The position numbers and the translations under genes are program-made. A stretch of 63,526 nt of DNA, the filler included, from Octopus bimaculoides (lineage: Eukaryota): NCBI RefSeq assembly GCF_001194135.2. It is 5 parts of 5 records of this genome, joined end to end, with 100 filler letters (N's around TTAATTAATTAA, not from the genome) between each part and the next. Parts side by side here need not be neighbours in the genome. Positions count along the whole stretch, not along the records: positions 1 to 25,326 come from NC_068983.1; positions 25,427 to 36,901 come from NC_068989.1; 3 more parts are not named here. One strand, given 5' to 3'. Every line of letters starts with the position of its first letter. Position 1 is the stretch's first letter. Shown piece by piece: positions 13,636-25,890 of the stretch. The notes under the pieces are model-generated. The model saw only the letters and a program-made list of their open reading frames with translations. It had not been told where the DNA came from and made no database searches.

Positions 13636-14823
13636 GTAAGTTGCAAATAACTTATACAATCTTGCAAGATTAGCTTACTGGCTAGTTATTTTGCTTTTTA
13701 AATATGAAATAATATAGAAATGTTTTGAAATGAATTATGTACATTTATATGTTCCCAAAGAAGCATTGTTTATTTTCTTTAGGTCTTTAATACTTCTATA
13801 TTACCAATTTCTGTTGCAATTTGGACTGCATTTTTGTGGGCTAAATTGCTTGAATACTGCATTTCTTCAAGTTACCCACTTATGAAACCTGTGACATTTC
13901 ATTTAGATTAACTGAAGCAAGAGATATGCAGAGAGCTTGAACGGAAGAATTTTCATTCATCAATCAAGCATTCTAATCACTCATTCTCCACACCTGAATG
14001 TATTCAATAGTGTCTGGTTCTCATCTGTAAAATCAATATACATATTTGTCAAGTATTGAATGTGGTCCTGTAACTGAATTCATAATATTCCAGTAATAAG
14101 CCAAACGGTGAAGTCGACAAGATAAAAAATCCTCTGTTACAATAATAATGGGAATTGTAAAGCTGCAACCAAAATAATAAAAGGAAAACTTTGTTATTGC
14201 ACCTCATGAAAAACTGAGTTGTTCAATTTAAGCAATGTCCCTGTTAGTTAAAAAGTTAACCACAAAACTTTTTATAAGAGTTGTATTTAAGTAGCTTGAC
14301 TGGTAAAGAATGTAAACATTTTGTAATATTATCATATGTAGTCAAGAGGCACTTAAGCTGATGAGAAGGGTTTGCTCTCCATATTTATAATTAATAAATG
14401 TTTCAATGAATAGTGATAATGTATCGTGATAAATCAATTTTCATTGCTCAAAAATTCTATTGTAAACATTTCCTATTGTATAAAATACAACATATTTCAA
14501 GTTCCTCCTTTAATTTTCATATCTCTTGAAGTTTCTAAATTCTTATGGTGTAACTGTGTGGGTGTGTAATTTGCCAAGTTAATGTTAGTTTGAAGGTGCA
14601 GCTAATGCTTAGACCCTTAAAAATCTCAAATGAAATATATAGTTGAAGAAAAATGTTAGTTAACAACCAATATTTGTATATCAGTAAGTACAGGAGATAA
14701 CTCTAGACATGTTTCATTTTGTTGATGCTCATCAACAAGGTGTTGACTCACTGTAACTTAGAATTTTAGCAGGTAAAGTACTAAAACTATACAGAAGAAA
14801 TATATTTATTTGTTGGTTTAGAG

Positions 14824-15182
14824 CAGTGGTTCTCAAGCAGGGTTCATATAGCTCCTGAAGGCCCATATAAGATTTTGGGGAAGTCCACGCAACAAAATAA
14901 CAAACTGGGGATCTACAATAGTATTTTAAGGGCTCCTGAAAAAAATTTTGCTTTGGATGTATGTATTGGTATTTATGACAAGAAGCAAGTAGGATTCTTT
15001 CTCTGACATTTTATATAATTCAACCTATGCAAGTTAATAAGTTAATGTGTGAGAAACAAAATGGGAATTTTGAAAGAAGTAGCTCTAAAACTAGTTTTTA
15101 AACATAGAATGACTATGGAGGTCCACCAGAATAAAATGGTAATCAAAGGGGTCCTTAGATAAAATATGGTTGAGAACCCCTG
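14824..15182. mobile_element. hAT-family (Charlie-like) MITE
   Basis: 13-bp TIRs CAGTGGTTCTCAA / TTGAGAACCCCTG; 8-bp TSD GTTTAGAG (14816-14823) / GTCTAGAG (15183-15190); no coding capacity. Confidence 0.85.
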
Positions 15183-17554
15183 GTCTAGAGTAAGAAATTT
15201 AATGAAAAATTAACTTAATCTGAGATGTAGTAAAAGAAAAATATATTAGTCGATCATAATTTACACAGGTATAAAATGGATGTAGAGGAAAATTGTGATG
15301 TCTGTACATGGTATTATTAACAACATATTCTTTGTTGTTAATGACAAAGAAATGCATAAATGCCTCAACTTTATGACATTTGTATAGAACATATATGCCT
15401 TTCAGTGACCCATCCATTAAATGAATAGCACAAAAGGGGTTAATGTTTTTTACTAACATTCTTAACAATTAATGCTGTGTAACACAATTTTTCTCCTTCA
15501 TTAGCAACTGTTATTTCCTATTTGCTTACCCCTAGAAAGTATGAAAAAAGGCTAATATTTCTTTCAAAATTTGCTTTTGTTACATTTATTCAAACTCCAA
15601 AGAATCCCTCTCAACACAGCTATGATGCTTCTCCACTACTGCTCATGATCAGAGATGCATATATTGTCAGCCACTAAGGGATATGCTCAAGTGATTAAGG
15701 TCAAGCAACTGACAAACAAATCTGTGGTATTGAGTAGAATATTTTCTATAACGATATTTCTGCTTCAGCAATACTGATCCCATCTGAAATGTAATGGGGA
15801 AAATAGGTCAGTTACAGAACATTGATGTCCAGGTCACAAAAGCAAAGTTTGAAGGGGATAGTAGTGATTTCCTTTGATTTCTAGATAGAAGCAAATAGGA
15901 AATAATACTTACTGACCAAAGACAAAAAGAAAATCTAAAATTTTGTTACACTGTGTTATTCTTTGACTCTGAAATGTAAGGAATTACTCTCTCTTAAATT
16001 ATTCAGTTTAGTGTGTTTATTGAATCAGTGACCTTAGATATTCCACTATGTTAGAAAACCTTATTTCTTAGTGTAGAAACTTTTTTTTAAACATGAAACA
16101 AGTGACCAACTCAATTGATCCAAATATTTTGTAATTTGGTAAAAATGGGCTTGAAAGTTTCTTCTAATGTTTAGTTATCACATGAAATTGGTAATTCAGT
16201 TACTAATTGAAGCACTAAAACTTGGGTAGTATATTAACCCTTTTGCATTTAAATACAGACATTTGGCAAATGTAAATGCTTATCCATCCATATTTTGAAT
16301 TACTCGTGCATTATCTTATAGCTTTGAGATTTTGAAATGTGATTGTTTATTTTTAGAATGACGTAGGGTAGGTATGAAAGGCCAGATCTGGCCAGTTTTG
16401 ATATAAAACAAGGTAGAATGTTTGGGCTGGATACAAACGGTTTAAATGCTAAAGGGTTAAATACTGTCTGATGACTACTATACTTTTTTTTTGTTTTACT
16501 TTTCTTAAATACCTTATAATACTACACACATAACTGTTCTGTGAAAAATTCTCTATACACATTGTTGATATTTTTAACAAGAAGCAGAAAATAGATCTCT
16601 GTATCCTCAAATCTAAACATTAAGCTTTGAATATTTCTGGAAATATTGTTTCTGGATCAGATTTGTTGTATCCTGTAAAATATTTTCCTGCCAATCACTG
16701 TTGTTTTGCTAATTACTGTGGTCTATCGTGAGATTTTGTATTTATATGGGTTTAGATTATTGTGGGGTTTTTTTTTTGGGGGGGGGTTCTGTCATGGTAG
16801 AGTACTGGTATGAAACATCTTCTAGAGTGCTGGAGTAGCAAAATCCACAAAATGCATAACAGTGTTTAGTTAACATTCCTTTATGTTTAGATTTCAAACC
16901 TCACTAGGGCCTCTTTTGCCTTTTAATCCTCTTGAGGTTAATACATTAAATGCCAATCAAATACAGGAGTTAGTTAAATTGACTGAATTCAAGCATCTTG
17001 TATCTATGTTAGAAATCATTTTTATGATGTCACAATAGCTGGGAAGCTAAAATGTCAAACTTTTTGCTGTAACTACCTGTTTGTTATGAATATTGTTGCT
17101 GTCTTTAATAGGACATGCACTCTACTTTTTTCAACCTGTACAGATGTAAAGAGGTGCTGAGCTGCATGGGGATTTTACTTGATTTGGCTTGATTTGTTAT
17201 TTCATCTTATCAATTTGAGAAGGGCAGTCAATTAACTGTAATGTAGCTGATTAGCTGCCTTGTAGCATAATTTAGTTCTGGTCCTTAGTTCTAAATGAAA
17301 TCCTGGTTTTCAACTTTCTTGGAGGTAAGTGATGTCAATAAAATAAATACCAGTCAAATACTCAGGTTGATTCAGTTGTCAGTATTCTTCCCCCACAAAG
17401 GTTGACTCTTCTGTATTCTAAAATAAAAAGTTTTTTTTTAATATTTGGCATGAACTATTTCATAACTATATATGCTAATGTACTGATTATTACTATTTGT
17501 GTCATTGTCTTCTCATCCTTGCTACAAAGATTTATCCTTATTTAAATTTAATAG

Positions 17555-17666
17555 CTTCAGAAACTGGTAATTCCGATGTTGTTCTCAAAGCCCAAGTCCT
17601 TGCTGGAGGTCGAGGACGTGGAGAATTTGAAAGTGGTCTCAAAGGAGGTGTTAAACTTGTTTACAC
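17555..17666 (+). CDS. SUCLA2: SUCLA2 exon 3 ((AS)[35 protein letters not shown]); alternative start at 17561
   Basis: Signature [19 protein letters not shown] of the ATP-grasp fold; phase 1 in; donor AC|GTGAGT, phase 2 out. Confidence 0.96.
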
Positions 17667-19291
17667 GTGAGTTGTCAGTAATGCAGTTTTCATTATATTA
17701 TTGGTCACTACAAACACTATTTCCTATATCCAAACACCAAAACATTAGGTGCTTCTGTTTTTATCTCATTTGTTTGCTTGATTACATGTTTGTGGGTCAA
17801 CTTTGGTAACTGACACTACTGAAGATAGGAATTTCAATTTTTTTTTTATTGATGGTTCAGCATAATTTAAAAAGAAAATTTCTTGCATGTTTTTAGCAAG
17901 TTATTTTGATATTAACTATGTGGTTGTTTTATTCACCATGCAGTAATCTGTATGAGTTACTAGTTGTGTGTGTAAAAGGAAATAAGCTAAACAAAATCAG
18001 AATGTGATATAAATAACAGGCCATCTACAAATGGAATTAGTTACATAAAAAAACAAAATTCAACAGAAATGTTACATATCTTAATAATACTAAAACTCTA
18101 GAGATTTTTGTTTGTACCTAAAATATCTCAGAAATAGTATATTTTATCTTAATTTTTTTGACATTTGGACCTCTATTTATTATTGAAAACGAATAAATAC
18201 AATTTTTATTAGTTATTTCTTGATGAAAAATAAAACATGACTTCCATGACGTCAACACACATATAATGTCATGGCATGTCAATCAACACAAACACACATC
18301 TGCTATCTGTGACATATACACACACCTAGTCTTCGTGCTCTCTAAGAAAAAAAAAATGTCAACTTTTTGAAGTACACAATATTTTAATCATTTAGAAATA
18401 TTTTTAACTGAATGTGATTTCAAAAATGTAAGTTGTTTGTACAATAAGTTTATATTTTAGCCTTCTTTAAACACAATATTTTAATGTTTTTTTAAAAATT
18501 ATTTTCAAGTTGTTAATTTCCATAAAAATTTTTTATTCACTTTTGTTTTAAAGTGAAAGAGGAGAAAGTGAAAGATCTATGTACATGTATATGAAATGGA
18601 CATGTGTGTGTGAAAGAGAGAGAGAGTGAAGGGGTGTGTTGCCATGTATATGTACATACATAAATACATGTGTCCATCTTTTTTGTATGTATGTGTACAT
18701 GTGTATGAGAGAGTGAGTGAACGTGTGTATTCTCATGTATGTGTAAATGACACTCTCTCACATCTATTTTATATACATGTTCATACATCTTTCACTTTCT
18801 CCTCTCTTTCATTTGAAAACAAAAGTAAATAAATAAAAAGATTTTATGGAAATTAATGAACAGAACCAGCTAAATTGGAGGACAGTTCTGAGAATCAAAG
18901 CAAAAGATTGCCCCAAGGAAATACCATTACAAAACTTTTTCCAAGTGCATTCAATGTATCTCAGCTCCAAAGATTTGGTTGCTATTTCTAACACACCCTA
19001 CTACCATGTAACAGCTATTTGCGATGAAGGACCTGAAATACCTGTTACGTGGTAGCAGGGTGTGCAAGAAATAACAGCTAATTTTTTTCCTTTTCTGGGG
19101 AAAGGAGCTGTTTACACATGATTTCAATGTCATATTCGTTGAAAGCATGCGAAATAACCTGGAAAAGAAAAAAAACCCATGATGCAAACTCTCTTGCTGG
19201 GAAACTTAGACTTTCCAGGTGTCCCAACGGGTCATGAGTAGTCTAGTAGCAATATAATTTCCTTCAGATGTTGTTGGCTACAATAGTATTT

Positions 19292-20333
19292 GGTGTTCCA
19301 TAAAGGGTGCCAAATTTGAAGAGTGTTCCATAAAGGGCGCTGAATTTGAAAGGTGAATAATTAAAATGAATTCTTATGAACATGGTTATATTCTGCATAT
19401 TTCTAACGAGTTATGTCTCCTATTTAGATATGGAACACAATATTGGTCATATGTCCACCTGCACTGAGTCTACATACATTTATGCACTCCTTGAAATTTC
19501 CGATAACTCTCTCACAGATGTGTGACCTGATGCCTCTAATCACATGCTCAATTTCAGCCTTGAGTTCAGGAACTGTGTGTGGTTTCTTGATGTATACCTT
19601 TGATTTCACATACCTCCATAAAAAGAAATCATAAGGGATAAGATTGCAGGACCTTGGTGGTCATTGCAAAGATTTTGCTCATTGCGGAAATTTTTCATGG
19701 AGTAATGCAAGTATTTGGCATGGAGTGTGGCAGGTTGCTCTGTCCTGCCAAAACCAGAGGTTGTCAATCTCTGTATCTTCCAAGTTCGGCCATAACTCAG
19801 TGAATATCATGTCTCGGTAACATTCTCCATTTATGGTAACTGCATCCCCCTTGTCATTTTTAAAGAAGAACAATCCAAGCACTCCACCTGCCCAAAAACT
19901 ACACCACACAGTTGTTTTCAGTGGATGCATTTCACACTCTTGCATTATTTGAAGATCTTCGTTTACCCAAATCCGGCAGTTCTGTTTATTGACAAATCCA
20001 CCCAAGTGGAAGTGGGCCTTGTCCCTGAAGATGATTTTCTTTGCAAAATTTTCATCAGATGCAAGTCTCTTCACAACCCAGTCAGCAAATTTCCTTTGCC
20101 TCCCATGGTTAGGTGGCTGAAGATGCTGCGTAAGTTGAATTTTGTATGCATGCATATGGAGATCTTTATGCAAAATTCGATGTAATGAAGTAGTTGGGAT
20201 TCCCAACTGCTGTGAACGTCAGTAAATTGATTTTCCCAGACTCAATAGCAAACATGATAAAAGCATGCCTTCAACCTTCAAAACACAAAAGTGTCACCCA
20301 ATTCAAATTCAGTACTCTTTATGGAACACCCTA
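19292..20333 (-). mobile_element. Decayed Tc1/mariner DNA transposon (DD41D/Visitor-like transposase)
   Basis: IIF.D.AHFHLGGFVNKQNCRIW, VWC, W.QD.ATCHT, PPRS.NL.PYDFFLW.YVK..VY motifs with stops; TIR-like ends gtgttccataaa.g..ctgaatttgaa at 19321-19350 and 20302-20331. The D-D spacing reads 37 here, so the subfamily is uncertain. Confidence 0.85.
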
Positions 20334-21149
20334 TAGTTGCTGTTGTTGTTATTGCAAAACCCCAAGTAATCCTTAGTTGATCAGATTTATGGTTACTGGC
20401 TTACCAGTCATTAGTTTCCCACCTTTTTTCAAACATTGTGTCCTTCTTTAATATGGTAGGGTGTGATTTGGGGGAAGATATACTGCTATTTATAGTAAGT
20501 CAAGAAACCACATAAAGGCTCCCACAGTAGCTCACTGTCACCATTAGTAACTCCACAGTCCATGCTAGCATGGATTGGATGGTTTGACAGAATCTGAGGT
20601 TGTAAGAATGCAGATCTAGGTCTGTGATTTACATCTAGTCATTTGATTTATTATCCATGCTCTATATGCTTGTTTTTATCAGAGCTAATCTTAGGCTAAA
20701 TAACTACTATAGCTACTGGTAACTTACAAAGAAGTAATTATGTGGTTGCTTGACCTACAAGAAATAGTAGACAAATTTTCCTTGAAGCACAACCAATAGT
20801 TGTAGAAAAAGAACAGACATATTCAATAATGTAGTCCTAGATACTCTATGCCTGAAAACAGACAGGACAGTCATTGCTGGAACTTTTTTGCTCAAACATC
20901 TGTGGAATCAGAGCTAACTCAGCTATCTAAACAACAACTATAGTCACCAATATTAAATATTACACACTTTCTGATGAGGAGATGGCATGAAAATAGCCCC
21001 AAGTACACTCTGTAAAGTGGTTGGTGTTAGGAAGGGCATCCAGCCATAGAAATTATGCCAAAGCAGACATTTGATCATGATGCAATCCTTCAACCCATCA
21101 GATCCTCTCAAACTATCCAAAGTTGCTGAAGTTTAATTCAGATGATAAA

Positions 21150-21775
21150 ATTCATAGCTTGACTTCAGAAAGATTGTATTTTCAGTTATTTTTCACGTTC
21201 TAAGTTCAAATTCTGCCAAGGGTGACTTTGCCTTCCATATTTTTTTTTTTTTCTGAATCAATAATTTAAGTACCAGTCAAGTACTGGAGACAATGTAATC
21301 AACTTGCCCTCTCCTTACAAACTGCTGGTCCTGTGTTAATACTTGAAACCATTATTCTAAAGTATTAAGCCGGTGAGCTAGCAGAAATGTTAGCATGCGA
21401 AATGCTTAGCAGTATTTTGACTGTCTTTATGTTCTGAGTTCAAATTCCGCACAAGGTCAACTTTGCCTTTCATCCTTTTGGGGTTGATAAATTAAGTACC
21501 AGTCGCATACTGGAGTCGATCTAATTGACTGCCCCCTCCCCAAAAATTTTGGGGCTTGTACCTAGAGTAGAAAAGAATGGTTAACACGTTGGATAAAATG
21601 CCCAATGGTATTTTATCTGTCTTTATGCTTTGAGTTAAAATTTTGCTGAGTTCAACTTCGCCTTTCAGCCTCTCAGGGTCGATAAATTAAGTACCAGTCA
21701 AGTATTGGGGTCAATATGATTGATTTTCCCCCTCCCCACAAATTTTAGGCCCTGTGCCTTTTGTAGAAAGGATTA
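21150..21775 (+). mobile_element. Three tandem copies of SINE family B (about 200 bp each)
   Basis: Repeated gttctgagttcaaatt...ctttgcctttcatcc...gataaattaagtaccagt...cccctccc units at about 21150, 21367 and 21580. Confidence 0.7.
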
Positions 21776-22054
21776 TTCTAACTAAATTTAAATACAGCCA
21801 GAACTCAATAGAAGGCAGTAGAATGAACAAACCTGTATCTTCTGTCTTTTAAATGTTCACATAAACAAGAATTCTTCACTAGTGTCAAAATCTTTTTTGT
21901 AATGCTGGACATTACTTTTATTAATAAGGATGACAATGTTTATTTAAAGAAGAGTAGACCTAAAAATAAATATGTAAAGTTTTAACTTTTAATCTTGGTT
22001 GATACATCTTCACATTCCAGTCTACATCTTAATTCTCTTGTTCTACTTTTATAG

Positions 22055-22217
22055 TGCTGAAGAAGCACGAAAGCTGGCTGCTCAGATGATTGGATCTAAA
22101 CTAATTACAAAACAGACTGGAGCAGCTGGGAGGATCTGTAATAGTGTAATGATATGTGAGAGACTTTACTCTCGTCGAGAGTATTATTTTGCTATTGCCA
22201 TGGAGAGGGCATATTCG
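22055..22217 (+). CDS. SUCLA2: SUCLA2 exon 4 ([54 protein letters not shown])
   Basis: Acceptor tttatag|, phase 2 in; donor TCG|GTAATG, phase 0 out. TKQTG..GRICN and [11 protein letters not shown] are SUCLA2-type motifs. Confidence 0.96.
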
Positions 22218-22344
22218 GTAATGTTTATACTCTTCATACTTTATTCTGTGTGTGTGGGGGGGGAGGTGAATGAGTATGTGGTGGGAGAGGATATGTAAAT
22301 ATGTTCATTTAATGTTCATTTTTTTCCAAATTAGCTTATATATA

Positions 22345-22730
22345 GGTGCAGGCATGGTGGTGTGGTAAGAAGCTTGCTTCCCAACCACATGGTTCACGGT
22401 TCAGTTCCACTGTGTGGCATCTTGAGCAAGTGTCTTCTACCATAGCCTCAGGACCAAACTCTTGTGAGTAGATATGGTAAACAGAAACTGGAAGAAGCCC
22501 ATCATATATGTATGCATGTCTTTGTGTCTGTGATTGCCCCTCACCACTGCTTGACAACTGCTGTAGGTTTGTTTACATTCCCATAGTGGTTCAGCAAAAA
22601 GTGATCAATAGAATAAGTACCAGGCTTAAAAAATAAGTACTGGGGTCGATTCATTCGACTAAAAATTCTTCAAGGTGGTTCCTCAGCATGGCCACAGTCT
22701 GATGATTGAGACAAGTAAAAGATTAAAGAT
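22345..22730 (+). mobile_element. SINE family A
   Basis: Same head, body and tail as 6325-6722; lies in SUCLA2 intron 4. Confidence 0.75.
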
Positions 22731-23739
22731 TTGCTTATAAATGTTATCTATACTGAAACAGCACAGCAACAGCATAAATGCTTTGTATTATTTAGTTGGT
22801 TCTCTTTAATATGTTGTGTGTGCAAATTTCACTAGAGTTGATAAAAATGATCTATATTCAATTCAAATGTCTGCATTTTCTCCATATTTGTGGTTTGTGC
22901 ATATTAAATTGATTTATCAACTTTCAAGTGGCTCTGTATATTTGGGTAGCTCCCTCAGGAAAACCATATAACAAGGGCACCATCAGTAAGGTAAAGAAAA
23001 TTGACTTTAAAAAAATGCCTGTGTTGTGTTTCTATCAGTGTTTTACAGGCTGGTGTGTATTTCTTTATTAGAAAAGATAAGTCTTAAGAGTTGATAATTG
23101 TGAATGAACTTTTGAGATTTGAAACCCTTAGAGATGGACAACATTGCTATGAAACATTCTTATCAAATAAGTTATGGAGAATAAGTTGGTATTTTGTGTG
23201 AAAAAAAATGCTTCCAAAATCACAGATTATAAACTGTGAACATATTATTGTAACAGTGTCACATTCTAACTAACACTGTATACCACATTTTCATGCAAAA
23301 ATTCATTTTTTTTCTTGCTTGCTGGCAGAATATACATGTTTTGGAATTTTTTGACTAACATACATTTATATGTGTAAAGCATATTTATAGTAAAATTAAT
23401 TTTTAGCATTTTCATAATAAAATTAACTCGCACTTTGAATGTTCCCAAAAAGTATTAAATAATTTTAGTGTAAAGATTTCAAGTATTTAACATGAAATTT
23501 TTTTGTGTAAATTTATTACTTTTCTGATCATAAATGTTCCCAATATGACAGACGTGTTATGTCAAATATTCTGACCTTGATACTTATGACATTAGCAAAT
23601 AGGCCTAAGGACCTTTCGAATTAGCAAGTTTAGCTGCTTATGTAATTGTTTATTTTAATATCAGTTTTATTTCCTCTGATGTTGTAACCAGATCTTCATT
23701 ATAATGGGATTGTTTGTATATATGTTCATTTTATTCTAG

Positions 23740-23910
23740 GGTCCTGTGATGGTCAGCAGTATGCAAGGTGGAATGGCAATTGAAGATGTTGCTAGGGATA
23801 ATCCTGATGCTATTATCAAAGAACCCATTGATATTAATACTGGACTGACAAAAGAACAATGCTTAGAGATGGCAAAAAAATTGGGAATGGCTGGAAAATC
23901 TATTGAGCAG
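23740..23910 (+). CDS. SUCLA2: SUCLA2 exon 5 (GPVMVSSMQGGMAIEDVARDNPDAIIKEPIDINTGLTKEQCLEMAKKLGMAGKSIEQ); last exon visible
   Basis: Acceptor ttattctag|; donor CAG|GTAAAA, phase 0; GG..IEDVA...P.AIIKEPIDI motif. I found no downstream exons (EINP, NGAGLAMAT motifs) in the window. Confidence 0.95.
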
Positions 23911-24059
23911 GTAAAATATGATATATTACTGTGAATTAAAATTCAACATTTTCTCAGAATTTTGGTCTTTTTGTAATTTATCTTTCAATAACAAATATGG
24001 ATTTTAAAAAATTGAAAGACTATGGCAGAAATGTATTTTTTCTGCCACAATAATGATTT

Positions 24060-24480
24060 CTAATTTTGGTGCTGGGCCAGGAATTTTGGAGGAGTGGGTA
24101 AGTCAATTACATTGACTCCAGTACTCAACTGGTACTTATTTTATCAACCCCAAAAGGATGAAAGGCAAAGTCAGTTTCAGCAGAATTTGAACTAAGAGCA
24201 TGAAGACAGGCAAAATGTCACTAAACATTTTGCCCAGTGTGCTAACAATTCTACCAGCTTGCTGCCTTTTTTTCTGCCATAATAATGGTTCCTAATTTAG
24301 GCACAAGGCTCCAACAATTTTGAAGGGTAGGGCTTAGTTGATATCATTCAGCCTCAGCACTTGACTGGTACTTTATTTCATCAACCCCAGAGGGCTAAAA
24401 GGCTCAGAATGTAAAGTGTTGGAACAAATGGTTGAAGGCATTTTGTCTGACACTATAAGGATTTTGTCAATCCATAATAT
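24060..24480 (-). mobile_element. Two tandem copies of SINE family B
   Basis: actggtacttattttatcaacccc..aaggatgaaaggcaaagt units. Confidence 0.7.
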
Positions 24481-25134
24481 TAAAAACAGCTATTGGCTGT
24501 AGAAAATATGGTTAGTTATAAGTTTATGTTTATAGTTTTTACCTGCTACAATTGCATGAATAAAGGTCATTCCTGGACACAAATTTCTATTTCAATGTTA
24601 AGAAATGTTTGTTCTGGATAGGCAAGCTACATAATCTGAAAAGCAGTCCTATTCTTCAGTAACATAATATAAGTATTCTGTGAATTCATTGTTTTTCTGT
24701 GTGTTGCAATGAAACACACAACAGGCAAAGTGTAGAGCAAGAAGTTAAAATATGTATTCATTAAGTAAATCCATGAACAAATGAAAAGAATCAGTAATAT
24801 CCACTAGTAGAATTAAAATAGAGAGAATGGTTTGGTTACAATCCATAGCGAGAAGAGAAATAGATGTTAGCAGTTCCAATGTTGGATAAAATATTGAAAG
24901 AAGAATGAGTATGGTGCACTATAGAGGGAGGAAGACAGGTAGATAAATGGTGGGTATTATATGTATATATATATAATTATGTGTATTTCTTCTATCTTAA
25001 TGAATAAAAATTCTTCTGATAGAATAAATGGGTTAATAGAAACCAATGTAGCAAAGAACACAAAATAACTGTGGTTTAGTTCCTGTTTTTAAGGCAGGAA
25101 CTCCTTGAAATTTTGGGTATTTGAGTATATTTAA

Positions 25135-25326
25135 GAATTTAAGGATTGGAGAAAACGCATGTTATAATTGCATACTTTATTCCTACATATGTTTCAAAGG
25201 ATTACAACCTGTGTGATCCATAGGAATCTTTGATATTAAAATTGTAACCTTCTCATCAGGGAAAGCATGGGAATCATCTTAAACGTAAGACATTATGACC
25301 GATTATGAAAACAATAGATGGATAAG
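25135..25326 (-). mobile_element. Second copy of the 5291-5596 element family, truncated by the scaffold join
   Basis: The reverse complement aligns with about 5403-5596 (ggtcataatgtcttacgtttaagatga..., gatccataggaatc, acatatgt). Confidence 0.8.
25180..25263 (-). ncRNA. Minimal type I hammerhead ribozyme motif, intact core
   Basis: Minus strand: UUCC-CUGAUGA-GAAGG UUACAA..(loop)..UUGUAA U CCUUU-GAA-ACAUAUGU-A-GGAA. Stem I 4 bp, stem II 5+6 bp, palindromic stem III ACAUAUGU, cleavage triplet GUA. Activity is untested. Confidence 0.7.
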
Positions 25327-25426
25327 NNNNNNNNNNNNNNNNNNNNNNNNNNNNNNNNNNNNNNNNNNNNTTAATTAATTAANNNNNNNNNNNNNNNNNN
25401 NNNNNNNNNNNNNNNNNNNNNNNNNN
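25327..25426. other. Artificial scaffold-join spacer (44 N + TTAATTAATTAA + 44 N)
   Basis: Fixed 100-bp length; the 12-mer gives stops in all six frames. Confidence 0.95.
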
Positions 25427-25481
<55 letters not shown>

Positions 25482-25845
25482 CTATTTTTCAAATGAATAC
25501 ATCTTGAACTCTCTTTAAGATATATTTCCGTTCTAATATATCTTTATTTGAATTTATATGTTTGTGAATCGATATATTTATGCAAACATATATATTCTGA
25601 TGCACTGGTGTAGCTATATGTGTGTGTGAATGCGTGTGCAAGCGTATATATGTATATGTGTATACATCTGTGCATGCATGTTCGTTTATGGATGCGTCAG
25701 ATTTGTTTCGGTAGAGAAGATTCCACCCAAATCAACATGTTTGCCAATTTATGAAAGCTAACAGAATAATTGTGATCACGGGTTGTTTATGAAAGTTATA
25801 ATATTACTTCTTTTGTATTTTTCTCTTGTAGTTTCTCCCACCACG

Positions 25846-25890
<45 letters not shown>

